Assembly (NCBI GenBank): GCA_002269645.1
Contig: NIVC01001265.1
Location: 186,001 to 250,000 of the forward strand
Direction of reading: 5' to 3'
Length of the DNA stretch: 64,000 nt
DNA from: Macrostomum lignano
Lineage: Eukaryota
Part shown: piece after piece, positions 1-15,383 of the stretch
Layout of the letters: each line of letters starts with the position of its first letter
Position numbering within the stretch: position 1 is the stretch's first letter
The notes under the pieces: generated by a model
Database searches by the model: none
What the model was told of the DNA's origin: nothing
Seen by the model: the letters and a program-made list of their open reading frames with translations, nothing else
Position numbers and translations under genes: made by a program

Positions 1-311
1 ATCCATGTAAGCTGGACTAGCAATCCATGTAGGATAGTCTAGCAATCCATGTAGGCTAGACTAGCAATCCATGTAGGATAGTCTAGCAATCCATGTAGGC
101 AAGACTAGCAATCCATGTAGGATAGACTAGCAATCCATGTAGGCTAGACTAGCAATCCATGTAGGCTAGACTAGCAATCCATGTAGGCTAGACTAGCAAT
201 CCATGTTGGCTAGACTAGCAATCCATGTTGGCTAGACTAGCAATCCATGTCTGGGCCATAACCGTGGCCATGGCTAGACTAGCAATCCATGTAGGCTAGA
301 CTAGCAATCCA
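1..311. repeat. 22-bp minisatellite (ATCCATGTAGGCTAGACTAGCA) in Hex intron
   Basis: Tandem units read directly, with one interruption near 251-270. Confidence 0.95.
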
Positions 312-338
312 TTCTAATCCCCCGTTGCCCCGCCGCAG

Positions 339-3300
339 ACACTATCGCAGTTTCTGGCGGCCAGGTGAACATCAGTGCCCCGGAGCCCTGGGGCGCCATG
401 TACGGCCTGGAGACCCTCGCCCAGCTCATCTCCCGCTATCCGGACGGCACTCTGCGCCTGAACGAGACTGCGGTGTCCGACCAGCCCAGGTTCGCGCACC
501 GCGGCATCTTGCTGGACACCTCGCGACACTACCTGCCCGTGCGCACCATCATGCAGAATCTGGTACGCCCATTGAGTTATCCTATTAGTAGTTATCCCAC
601 TGGCAGTTATCCCATTGGCACTTATCCTATTGGCAGTTATCCCATTGGCACTTATCTCATTGGTAGTTATCCCATTGGCACTTATCCTATTGGCAGTTAT
701 CCCATTGGCACTTATCTCATTGGTAGTTATCCCATTGGCACTTATCCCATTGGTAGTTATCCCATTGGCAGTTATCCCATTGGCAGTTATCCCATTGGCA
801 GTTATCCCATTGGTAGTTATCCCATTGGCAGTTATCCCGTTGGCACTTGATAGTAATCTCATTGAATTTCAGGACGGCATGGCTTACAACAAAATGAACG
901 TGTTCCACTGGCACATCGTGGATGATCAAAGCTTCCCATATCAGAGCTACACATTTCCTGAGCTGAGCGACAAGGCAGGGCAAATTATTTTTTTCTGGAT
1001 AATTGAGCGAAATGATTAGATCTGTGTTTGCCTGCTAGATCTGCGAGCGACATGATTAGATCTGTGTTTGCCTGCTAGATCTGCGAGCGACATGATTAGA
1101 TCTGTGTTTGTCTGCTAGATCTGTGAGCGATATAATTAGATCTGTGTTTGTCTGCTAGATCTGTGAGCGACATGATTAGATCTGTGTTTGCCTGCTAGGT
1201 CTGCGAGCGACATTATTAGATCTGTGTTTGTCTGCTAGGTCTGCGAGCAGATTGATTAGATCTGTGAGCAATCAGCTAGATCTGTGAGCAATCTGCTAGA
1301 TCTGTGAGCAATCTGCTAGATCTGTGAGCAATCTGCTAGATCTGTGAGCAATCTGCTAGATCTGTGAGCAGTCTGCTAGATCTGTGAGCAGTCTGCTAGA
1401 TCTGTGAGCAATCTGCTAGATCTGTGAGCTATCAGCTAGATCTGTGAGCAATCTGCTAGATCTGTGAGCAATCTGCTAGATCTGTGAGCAATCTGCTAGA
1501 TCTGTGAGCAGTCTGCTAGATCTGTGAGCAATCTGCTAGATCTGTGAGCTATCAGCTAGATCTGTGAGCAATCTGCTAGATCTGTGAGCAATCTGCTAGA
1601 TCTGTGAGCAATCTGCTAGATCTGTGAGCAATCTGCTAGATCTGTGAGCAATCTGCTAGATCTGTGAGCAATCTGCTAGATCTGTGAGCAATCTGCTAGA
1701 TCTGTGAGCAATCTGCTAGATCTGTGAGCAATCTGCTAGATCAGCTCCCTTTCTAACCCGCAGGGAGCCTACTCTGGCCGGCACGTGTACAGCCAGCAGG
1801 ACGTGGCCTCGATCGTCGAGCACGCCCGGCGTCGCGGTATTCGCGTTGTCCCCGAGTTCGACACCCCCGGCCACACCCTGTCGTGGGGTGCTGGCCGGCC
1901 AGGCCTGCTCACCGCCTGCTACAACGGCAAGGGATCGCCTGACGGCACCTACGGGCCGGTGAGGCTGCCGCGAATGTGTGCGGATTAGGGGGATTATGAG
2001 CTGATCAATGTTTCCGAATATGGGATTAGAGCATAAAACAATGGGCAGATTGGTAAAGGATTAGCGGACCGATCAATCAATAAATGGATTAAAGGATTCG
2101 CTTGTGGATCAATAAATGAGTGGATTAAAGGATTATCTTGTGGATCAATAAATGAGTGGATGAAGAGATTAGCAGACTGAGATCAATAAATGAGTGGATT
2201 AAGAGATTAGCAGACTGAGATCAATAAATGAGTGGATTAAGAGATTAGCGGACTGAGATCAATAGATGAGTGGATGAAGAGATTAGCAGACTGAGATCAA
2301 TAAATGAGTGGATTAAGAGATTAGCAGACTGAGATCAATAAATGAGTGGATGAAGAGATTAGCAGACTGAGATCAATAAATGAGTGGATTAAGAGATTAG
2401 CAGACTGAGATCAATAAATGAGTGGATTAAGAGATTAGCGGACTGAGATCAATAAATGAGTGGATGAAGAGATTAGCAGACTGAGATCAATAAATGAGTG
2501 GATTAAGAGATTAGCAGACTGAGATCAATAAATGAGTGGATTAAGAGATTAGCGGACTGAGATCAATAAATGAGTGGATGAAGAGATTAGCGGACTGAGA
2601 TCAATAAATGAGTGGATTAAGAGATTAGCTTGTGAACCAATCAATAAGTGGATTAAGGGATTAGCTTGTGGATCAATAAATGAGTGGATTAAGAGATTAG
2701 CGGACTGAGATCAATAAATGAGTGGATGAAGAGATTAGCGGACTGAGATCAATAAATGAGTGGATTAAGAGATTAGCTTGTGAACCAATCAATAAGTGGA
2801 TTAAGGGATTAGCTTGTGGATCAATAAATGAGTGGATTAAAGGATTATCTTGTGGATCAATAAATGAGTGGATTAAGGGATTAGCGGACCGATCGCTGAA
2901 TCAAAAGATTATTGGATCAGAGCATTAGGGCAGAATATTTGGGCAATGCACAACCAAATGCCGGCCGCCACCCCCTCCAGGTTGACCCAACCAACGAGGC
3001 CAACTACCCGTTCCTGTCCGCTCTTCTGTCCGAGCTGTCCTCCGTATTCCCGGACACCTATTTGCACCTGGGCGGCGACGAGGTGCCATTCGACTGCTGG
3101 CAGTCCAACCCCAAAGTGCGTCAGTTCATGGCCGACCGGGGGTTCGGGCAGAACTACTCACTGCTGGAGAACTACTATGAGAACCGCATCATCAGCATTG
3201 CCACTTCGGGTGCCAACCGGAGCGTCGTGGTCTGGCAGGAGCTGCTTGACAACGCCGTGTCACTGCCTAGGGGCACCATTGTACACGTGTGGAAGGGCGG

Positions 3301-4072
3301 CTGGCAGGACGAGATGGCCAAGGTGGGACCCAATCTCCAATTGGACTCCAATTCACACTCCAATCCACACTCCAACCCACACTCCAATCCACACTCCAAC
3401 CCACACTCCAATCCACACTCCAATCCACACTCCAACCCACACTCCAATCCACATTCCAATCCACACTCCAACCCACACCAATCCACAATCCAATCCACAA
3501 TCCAATCCACACTCCAATCCACCTCCAATCCACACTCCAATCCACACTCCAATCCACCTCCAATCCACACTCCAATCCACACTCCAATCCACCTCAAATT
3601 CACACTCCAATCCACACTAACCCATAAATAATTCTAGCCCATATTCCAACCCATATTCCAACCCACACTCCAGCCGACATTCCGGCCCACACTCCAACCC
3701 ACACTGCAGGTGACCGCCCGCGGCTACCCCGCGCTGCTGTCCTCCTGCTGGTACCTGGACTACATCAAGATGTCGGACTGGAAAGATTTCTACGCCTGCG
3801 ATCCGTTGAGCTTCTCCGCATCGGCTGCTCAGAAAGCCCGCGTCATTGGCGGCGAAGCCTGCCTGTGGGGCGAGTTCGTCGACGCCAGCAACGCCGTCAG
3901 CCAGCTGTGGCCGCGCGCCTCCGCCGTGGCCGAACGGCTGTGGAGCAACCAGACCGACTGGCGGCCGGAAGTGGCCGAGCCGAGGTACGCCGGACAGCGC
4001 TGCCGCATGCTGTACAGGGGCCTAAATCCCGAGCCCAGCGCCAGGACGCACATGTGCTACGGTCGATCGTGA
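339..4072 (+). CDS. Hex: Beta-hexosaminidase (GH20, HexA/HexB-like), 5' part outside window; exons 339-562, 873-974, 1764-1958, 2981-3322, 3710-4072
   Basis: Spliced frame is continuous and has GH20 motifs [58 protein letters not shown] (catalytic DE), [22 protein letters not shown]. All introns end in AG; donors are GT except GC at 975. Confidence 0.96.
575..848. repeat. 15-bp minisatellite (CCCATTGGCAGTTAT) in Hex intron
   Basis: Tandem units; source of the spurious SYPIG/NGITA ORFs. Confidence 0.95.
1014..1742. repeat. Compound minisatellite: ~39-bp units switching to 20-bp units (CTAGATCTGTGAGCAATCTG)
   Basis: Both unit types share the TAGATCTG core; the switch is near 1260. Confidence 0.93.
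2070..2900. repeat. ~38-bp minisatellite (GATCAATAAATGAGTGGATTAAGAGATTAGCAGACTGA) in Hex intron
   Basis: Tandem units read directly. Confidence 0.93.
3345..3705. repeat. 12-bp minisatellite (CCACACTCCAAT) in Hex intron
   Basis: Tandem units run to within a few nt of the acceptor at 3709. Confidence 0.93.
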
Positions 4073-4191
4073 TGGAAGCTGATTGAGAGAAATTTTTGAT
4101 TGACCTTTTTTACTACTGTTTCATTCTGTATGACCGGTGCGTGTTCTACATCGGTTCGTGCTGATGTTTTACTAGCGGGGGGTAGAGATAT

Positions 4192-5165
4192 GAGTGAGTG
4201 AGTGAGTGAGTGAGTGAGTGAGTGAGTGATGAGTGAGTGAGTGAGTGAGTGAGTGAGTGAGTGAGTGAGTGGGTGAGTGAGTGGGTGAGTGGGTGAGTGA
4301 GTGAGTGAGTGAGTGAGTGAGTGAGTGATGAGTGAGTGAGTGAGTGAGTTAGTGAGTGAGTGAGTGAGTTAGTGAGTGAGTTAGTGAGTGAGTGAGTTAG
4401 TGAGTGAGTGAGTGAGTGAGTGAATGAGTGAGTGAGTGAATGAGTGAGTGATGAGTGAGTGAGTGAGTGAGTTAGTGAATGAGTGAATGAGTGAGTGAGT
4501 GAGTGAGTGAGTGAGTGAGTGAGTGAGTGAGTGAGTGAGTTAGTGAGTGAGTTAGTGAGTGAGTGAGTGAGTTAGTGAGTGAGTTAGTGAGTGAGTGATC
4601 GAGTGAGTGAGTGAGTTAGTGAGTGAGTGAGTGAGTGAATGAGTGAGTGATGAGTGAGTGAGTGAGTGAGTGAGTGAGTGAGTGAGTGAGTTAGTGAATG
4701 AGTGAATGAGTGAGTGAGTGAGTGATGAGTGAGTGAGTGAGTGAGTGAGTGAGTTAGTGAGTGAGTGAGTTAGTGAGTGAGTGAATGAGTGAATGAGTGA
4801 GTGAGTGAGTGAGTGAGTGAGTGAGTGAGTGAGTGAGTGAGTGAGTGAGTGAGTTAGTGAGTGAGTTAGTGAGTGAGTGAGTGAATGAGTGAATGAGTGA
4901 GTGAGTGAGTTAGTGAGTGAGTTAGTGAGTGAGTGAATGAGTGAGTGAGTGAGTGATGAGTGAGTGAGTGAGTGAGTGAGTGAGTTAGTGAGTGAGTGAG
5001 TTAGTGAGTGAGTGAATGAGTGAATGAGTGAGTGAGTGAGTGAGTGAGTGAGTGAGTGAGTGAGTGAGTGAGTGAGTGAGTGAGTGAGTGAGTGAGTGGG
5101 TGAGTGAGTGAGTGAGTGAGTGAGTGAGTGAGTGAGTGATCGAGTGAGTGGGTGAATGAGGAGTG
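4192..5165. repeat. (GAGT)n microsatellite
   Basis: ~1 kb tetranucleotide run just downstream of the Hex stop. Confidence 0.97.
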
Positions 5166-5621
5166 AATGATTTGTTAATTGTTCTCAAACTGTCAGTGAT
5201 TATTCACCTGTAGGTATCATTGTCAGCGCATTCTGCCTATTCCGATCACTTCACAAATCTAAAATTTTTCACCCTTCAAAAGCCAGTGTACCGTTTATTT
5301 TTCCTGCACACCTTGTCACATCGGAATTGATGCGCAAGGCCAAAAAACAAACTTTATCAAGTAAAACAATTTTATAACTACTGTATTATTGATTCAATTT
5401 ACTCGTACGTTTTCAATAATTTTTTATTTAGATTTCTTATCTGCAAAATAAAAATTTACGAAAAAATTAAAATGAAACGATTTTTGGTTTTTTAATTATA
5501 TCTTTTACTATTTAGCGCATAGGAATTTAAATTTAATTAACTAATTAAATATATTTTTCTATGACATTGCAGCAGGTTGATTGTGTGAAATTTGTTGGAA
5601 AATTGATTATTCGCGATAAAA

Positions 5622-8524
<2,903 letters not shown>

Positions 8525-8571
8525 CCCATCTACAAACGTACACAGGTACACACCCCTCCCAATGCCTGCAG

Positions 8572-9478
8572 TTGTACAACAGCGACAAGCACATCCGCCT
8601 TCCAGAGTTTGATAACTACGCCAACTACGAGAGTAAGTCACTAAAATCATGGTAAATAAGGGTAGAAACTAAACTAGACTGTCTACTACCGAGTAGCGAG
8701 TCACGGATATAATCAGAACTTTATATTTATTTCCAAAATTTGTCAGGAATTTGTCACTATTAACTGATCCGATGTCAGCAACTGAATCGAATTCAACTGA
8801 GAGCCTTCAAAAACAAACCCGCAGCCCTGGCCAGTGTGAACTGGGAGGCCTTCTGCAAGGCCGCTGAGCGGGCCAAGGCCGAGCTGGAGGCCTGCGGACC
8901 GCCTGAGGAGGCCAAGCTGCTGCTGCTGGAAGGCATCCTGGTGCTCAACGAGGCCTCCGCTGACCGTCTGTGCCATGGGCGAGTCTTCATCCGGCTGGAT
9001 GACAGGGACGAGTTTCTGAGGAGGAGACGGTGAGAGGCTGAGATTGAGGCTGGGATTGTGATTGAGACTGAGATTGAGTTGAGACTGAGACTGAGATTGA
9101 GACTGAGATTAAGACTGAGACTGAGTTTTGATTTATGATGTTCGTTTTAAAATTTAGACCACTAATTTCGTAGCACTACTGATAGTAGAAAACTAGAAAA
9201 GGTGCACATTATTATCAATGGCACGTATGCTCACCCATGGCTCATCCAATTTGCTGTCGCAATGCAGCGAGCGCGTGTACGAGGACGACCCGGTGCCCGA
9301 CGGTTACGACACCGCAGTCACGTGGCCGATGTACGCTGAGCACTGCGCTGCTCTAGCGGGCCGGACTGACGTGACGTTTTTGAATGGCACCGAGTCGCTT
9401 GAGACTCTCTATGCCCAGCTCTGCGGGCTGCTGGACCGGCTGCTGGGCGGTGACCGGCGCTGCCTGACCTCTGTGCCT

Positions 9479-9484
<6 letters not shown>
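8572..9484 (+). pseudogene. Duplicated NRK exons 3-5 (8572-8632, 8825-9029, 9268-9484), lacking exons 1-2
   Basis: Copy offset by 1797 bp with identical ORF translations; lies downstream of the first copy's stop codon. Confidence 0.8.
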
Positions 9485-9870
<386 letters not shown>

Positions 9871-10504
9871 TTCATTCCTACCCGTTCTGTTCATTCTCGT
9901 GTACTCCGCACTGGTTTCAGTCTTGTCGCAGCCGAAGCTCTTTACTAATTGATCTGTTGACTGTTGCTGTGCTTATTAACTGAAATATTTGCTGCATGTC
10001 TAGATTTCTGCAGCAGGAATACGCTCGATTTTTTAAAAATAAAACTACAAGTGCAAATATAAATTCTTAAATAGGTTAATTTTTGTTAGTCCATGCTCGG
10101 ACGTTTAAAAACCAGTGTTTTTGCTGTTTTGTGTATCAGACCTTTTTAGTTAGAGAACTAACTTTAGTATCAGTGTCACCACTGACTAATGAGCCCTGAT
10201 TCATGTTTTACTGACTCATAGTTGCGTGGCTGACTGGATCAGGACAAGCTTGGCAAAACTATTCTTCACTAAGTTTAGCTGACATTAAGAATTCGGTATT
10301 GCTGACTCTGTCCATGCATGGCTCTGTGCTGTGTGTTTCTGACTTGGAAAAACTACATTTGCATGTCCTATTTTGCTCCTGTTGTTTTGAGCTTGCGGCA
10401 GACTGCAGAAGAGTGGAGGGAGAAAGATGAGAAAGAGGAGAAGAGTAGGGAGTTAAGAGAGTAGGAGGGGAGATTTTAGGGAAAAAAAGATAATAGTGAC
10501 GGAA

Positions 10505-11460
10505 AAAAGAGAGGAGAGGAGAGGAGAGGAGAGGAGAGGAGAGAAGAAGAAAGGAATGAGGAGGAGAGGAGAGGAGAGGAGAGTAGAGTAGAGTAGAGTA
10601 GAGTAGAGTAGAGTAGAGTAGAGTAGAGTAGAGTAGAGTAGAGTAGAAGACTAGAGTAGAGTAGATGAGAGGAGAGGAGAGAGGGAGAGGAGAGGAGAGG
10701 AGAGGAGAGGAGAGGAGAGGAGAGGAGAAGAGAGGATAGGAGAGGAGAGGAGAGGAGAAGAAAGGAATGAGGAGGAGAGGAGAGTAGAGTAGAGTAGAGT
10801 AGAGTAGAGTAGAGTAGAAGACTAGAGTAGAGTAGATGAGAGGAGAGGAGAGAGGGAGAGAAGAGGAGAGGAGAGGAGAGGAGAGGAGAGGAGAGGAGAA
10901 GAGAGGATAGGAGAGGAGAGGAGAGGAGAAGAAAGGAATGAGGAGGAGAGGAGAGGAGAGGAGAGTAGAGTAGAGTAGAGTAGAGTAGAGTAGAAGACTA
11001 GAGTAGAGTAGATGAGAGGAGAGGAGAGAGGGAGAGGAGAGGAGAGGAGAGGAGAGGAGAGGAGAGGAGAGGAGAGGAGAGGAGAAGAAAGGAATGGGGA
11101 GGAGAGGATGGGAGAGGAGAGGAGAGGAGAGTAGAGGAGAGGAGAGGAGAGGAGAGGAGAAGAAAGGAATAAGGAGGAGAGGAGAGGAGAGGAGAGGAGA
11201 GGAGAAGAAAGGAATGAGGAGGAGAGGAGAGGAGAGGAGAGGAGAGGAGAGGAGAGGAGAGGAGAAGAAAGGAATGAGGAGGAGAGGAGAGGAGAGGAGA
11301 GTAGAGTAGAGTAGAGTAGAGTAGAGTAGAAGACTAGAGTAGAGTAGATGAGATGAGAGGAGAGAGGGAGAAGAGAGGAGAGGAGAGGAGAGAGGGAGAG
11401 GAGAGGAGAGGAGAAGAAAGGAATAGAGAGGAGAGGAGAGGGTGGAGAAGAGAGGAGAGT
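10505..11460. repeat. Polypurine (GAGAG)n/(GAGTA)n pentanucleotide array with higher-order blocks
   Basis: Blocks such as GAAGAAAGGAATGAGG and GAAGACTAGAGTAGAGTAGATGAG recur. Confidence 0.93.
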
Positions 11461-12407
11461 AATAATGTCGTTATTACTAACGATACATTTCTTCTCCTCG
11501 ATTCAACACGTATTTAGCGGAGGATTTCTGATCGAACAGTGCAAGTTCGAAGAAAATCGGTTGGGCCATTTTTTCTCTAATCGATCACATAGATACCTAC
11601 CTACCGACAAACCATTTTTAGTATATTAGAAGCAGCTCCCAGAATTTTTTTTCTTTCTCAAACCTAAAAATGTCTAGTGAGCCCTTTCTTACTGTTGACT
11701 AAAACAGTGAAGAACCAATTGCAGGGCAGCTGGCTGCTTCTTCATCAACTTTGGTTTCTAGTCAAGACTGGTGCGGGGCGCGACCAGACCGGGCCGCTTT
11801 TGTTGTTTTTGGCGCACGTGTTGAGCGTGCAGCATTCGTATGCTTTCCTGCTTATCCTACCCTGCTGCCCGTTCGTCAGCTATTTTCTTATTAAATCCAC
11901 CTCCATAATGTGGACAAAAGCGACGGAGTGAAGGGCTGTTGAGTGCTGTTGACTCCTCTCTGTCTCTCCGCTCTCAATTGACGCAGCCATGGATGTCTTT
12001 AGCTAAAAGTCTGGACTAGAAAGGTTAATTAAAGTTGTCTAAAAATGCAAAAAGACTGTTATATTTCCTATGTTTTAGCTCAAGTCATAAACTCTGGGAG
12101 CGGAGCAGCTCAGCTGCAAACGCGTCTACGACTCACGGGGTCACGCCCTCTTGGTGGTGGTCGCTGTACACCCTGCAGCTCTTCCAGACTCTCACTCTTA
12201 TGGCACTCTCTGGCTTGTCTCAGGCAGGCAGACAGGCGGTCATATTCTGATGAGTCAGCAGCAATGAATGGAATTCATTATAATATAATAGCTCAAAGCA
12301 AGTTTTTAGTAGACTGCAGCAAGTCTACTGGGTCGCATGGTGGGGTTGGTGGGGGGGGTGCCTGCCTGCGGCAACCCACCGCACAGAGGGCTCAGGCTGC
12401 TGCAGTC

Positions 12408-12415
12408 TATAAATA
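12408..12415 (+). promoter_or_regulatory. TATA box (TATAAATA) of the secreted-peptide gene
   Basis: Consensus TATA ~125 nt upstream of ATG 12534 with no intervening ATG. Confidence 0.6.
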
Positions 12416-12533
12416 AACGGCCCCCTGTGGAGCGAAGCCGTAAGCCAATTCTTATAGACTCCCCAGGCGCATCGATTCGTCAGGAATTCGTGCAGCGGTG
12501 CTGATTCGTGAGCCGGAGATCTCTTGCTGCCAA

Positions 12534-12773
12534 ATGCGCTGCGTTTTGCTGTTGTCGCTGCTGCTGCTGCTGCTGCTGACGACGGCACTGACTGCCAAGC
12601 CGGTGTCTCAGCCAGCTGATGCTGACGACGGTCCGTTCGACGCCGCAGATGACGCCGACGAGCTGGCCGAGTTGAAACGGAAAGACATCCTGGAAGATTG
12701 CCTGCCCTTCCTAGCCAGCACTCTGAACGCTCACGACAGCATCCCGGACAAGTGTCGCGGTCTGCTGACCTGA
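12534..12773 (+). CDS. 79-aa secreted prepropeptide (signal peptide, acidic spacer, KR/KRK site, 29-30 aa two-Cys mature peptide); family unrecognised
   Basis: MRCVLLLSLLLLLLLTTALTA-KPVSQPADADDGPFDAADDADELAEL-KR-KDILEDCLPFLASTLNAHDSIPDKCRGLLT*; GC-rich codons, A at -3, upstream TATA, AATAAA at 12891. Confidence 0.8.
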   Translation: MRCVLLLSLLLLLLLTTALTAKPVSQPADADDGPFDAADDADELAELKRKDILEDCLPFLASTLNAHDSIPDKCRGLLT

Positions 12774-12890
12774 TTGAATTCTGACAACAATGGAATTTTG
12801 AGATCATCTATCAATAGCACACCAGTATCCAGCTGCTCCTGCTGAGTTGCATGTGCGCAATTCTCAAAGAGTTTGTATAAAAATGTGCTA

Positions 12891-12896
12891 AATAAA
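12891..12896 (+). terminator. Polyadenylation signal AATAAA of the peptide gene
   Basis: Canonical hexamer ~118 nt after the stop. Confidence 0.55.
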
Positions 12897-13249
12897 ACTG
12901 TGTAATTAAAATGAAAAATTTATCCAATAATCGATCGGTCTTCGTTATGCTACTTACAGTTGCGTAGAAGTAGTATGCGTAACATTTTTGCTTTTTTGTT
13001 AAGGGCCGTAGTTGCATGACCTTCAGATGCACGCACCGCACAATATAAAAATTTTAATACTACTGTACATGTATCTCCTTCTTACTACTTACGAGTAGTA
13101 GTGTATATCGTGTATTATCGGCGAAATTGGTATGTGTGTACCATGAGAGGGAGATTTTGCTGTTGTTGTATCCGAAAGGAAAGCTCCGCAGAAAATCTAC
13201 AATTTTCATCATCTTGAAGGTTATCCACTGAAAAGTAACGTAAAGTTAA

Positions 13250-13850
13250 CGGAGAGGGAGGGGAGAACAGAGAGGGAGAGGGAAAGAGAGGGGGAGAGGA
13301 GAGAGTGTGAGGGGAGATGAGAGTGTGAGGGGAGATGAGAGTGTGAGGGGAAGGGAAGAGGGAGAGTGAAGAGACAGGAGAGGGCAGAGGAGAGGAGATA
13401 AGTGAGGGGAAGGGGAGAGGGAGAGTGAAGAGACAGGAGAGGGCAGAGGAGAGGAGATGAGTGAGGGGAAGGGGAGAGGGAGAGTGAAGAGACAGGAGAG
13501 GGCAGAGGAGAGGAGATGAGAGAAAATGAGAGAGGGAGAGGGAGAGTGAAGAGACAGGAGAGGGCAGAGGAGAGGAGATGAGTGAGGGAGAGGGAGAGTG
13601 AAGAGACAGGAGAGGGCAGAGGAGAGAAGATGAGAGAGGGAGAGGGAGAGTGAAGAGACAGGAGAGGGCAGAGGAGAGGAGACGAGTGAGGGGAAGGGGA
13701 GAGGGAGAGTGAAGAGACAGGAGAGATCAAGCAGAGGAGAGGAGATGAGAGAGGGAGAGTGAAGAGACAGGAGAGGGGAATAGGAAAGGAGAGAGGGTGA
13801 GGGCAAAGAAGAGAGTGAGATGGTAAGAGTAGAGGGTGAGAGAGAAGAGG
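13250..13850. repeat. Polypurine minisatellite (GAGGGAGAGTGAAGAGACAGGAGAGGGCAGAGGAG...)
   Basis: Direct reading. Confidence 0.9.
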
Positions 13851-14772
13851 AGACACAAGTCTAAGCAGCATTCCTCGCTCTGTGAGTGGCCTTTTTGAAA
13901 TCCTGTCGCTTGTCATCTCGAACAAATTAAAAATTAATTCATACCGGTATTGAGAGGATTTTGTCGTAGAGCTCATGGGTCATACAAAACTATTGAAGGC
14001 TTTGCTGCGGAACAAATAACAGTTTGAACTTTGACAGTAGAGAGAGAGAGTGAGTGCAGGGTGCGGTGAGTTATCAGTGTTTTCCTACTTGTAATGTATG
14101 AGCTAAATTTCAAGTAGCCAAACGATTTAAAAGTTTATAATTGATCAGTTTAGTGAGCACGTGATGCCATTGTCCCTAATCTTGAAAAGTGAAAATCGGC
14201 ATTAAGAATGCAACACCATGCATATCGCCCTGTTCAATTATCTCTATCAAATCGATGAGTTATTACAGCACGAATAAACAACTTGTTGAGCAGCCATTGC
14301 TCAGCACAAATCCCTTTTGAGTCTGCGATGGAATTTGCCGCCTTATTTAGGCTACCCGATAATTCCCCAATTGTTGAGACTCTGCTCCAGTGAGCAGTCC
14401 CAGAGAGATAAATGCTGGATGAGATAAGCGATTTGCAGGTTGCCAACCTGGACTGAGCCATTGCGCAACTCCTTGACAGCCTATGGACTCAAGGGGTATC
14501 GAGATTTCCGATTTAGTTTACTAAATAATCGGCTTCTATAACCATGTCCCCCAGGGCATGTTTGCCAGCTCTGGTGAGGACCAATTAAATTGGCAGGCTT
14601 AATCACGGCTCGTTCAACCTTAATAGGCCACCCCCTCCCCTCGAACCGGGTTGAGATATTAGCTCCGGGGCTGCAGCACACGGAACCAAGAACGTCTAAA
14701 ACTGAGCTATCTGGATTGGAAACAGTGTTAGCTGGATCCCATTATTTTATACCTGAGCAGTGTTGCCATGCG

Positions 14773-15072
14773 TGTGCCAAGATGATGGCGCCCTATAAGA
14801 GTGCCAAGATGATGGCGCCCTATAAGAGTGCCAAGATGATGGCGCCCTATAAGAGTGCCAAGATAATGGCGCCCTATAAGAGTGCCAAGATGATGGCGCC
14901 CTATAAGACGCCCTATAAGAGTGCCAAGATGATGGCGCCCTATAAGAGTGCCAAGATGATGGCGCCCTATAAGAGTGCCAAGATGATGGCGCCCTATAAG
15001 AGTGCCAAGATGATGGCGCCCTATAAGAGTGCCAAGATGATGGCGCCTATTAAAGTGCCAAGATGATGGCGC
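14773..15072. repeat. 27-bp minisatellite (AGTGCCAAGATGATGGCGCCCTATAAG)
   Basis: Tandem units; source of the SAKMMAPYK pseudo-ORF. Confidence 0.95.
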
Positions 15073-15383
15073 TTAGGCGCCAGATGCCAGAGCAGATAAA
15101 TTAGAACACCAGGACGGAACCATCGGCAGGCGGGTGGGGGGTTGGCGTGGCCTGCGTCCCAATTTTGCTGAGCAACAATTAACTCAAAGACTCAAGCTAT
15201 CGCCATGCAGCCAGTCGCCAGCCAATAGGAAGCGGCCTACCAGCGCAGCCACCCCACACCCTGTTTGATGCCTTCATTAGCTCCAGCACGACCCATCTGC
15301 AACAGTAGACATCTGCGCTGTGCACTGGATTTCTTGCTAGTTTATTCAAGAACCAATCTAGTACCAGATATTCCGATTAAATC

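Noticed and set aside
14590-15066. Repeat-peptide precursor (SAKMMAPYK)n
   Set aside because: No signal peptide or regular dibasic sites; a non-coding minisatellite with a unit divisible by 3
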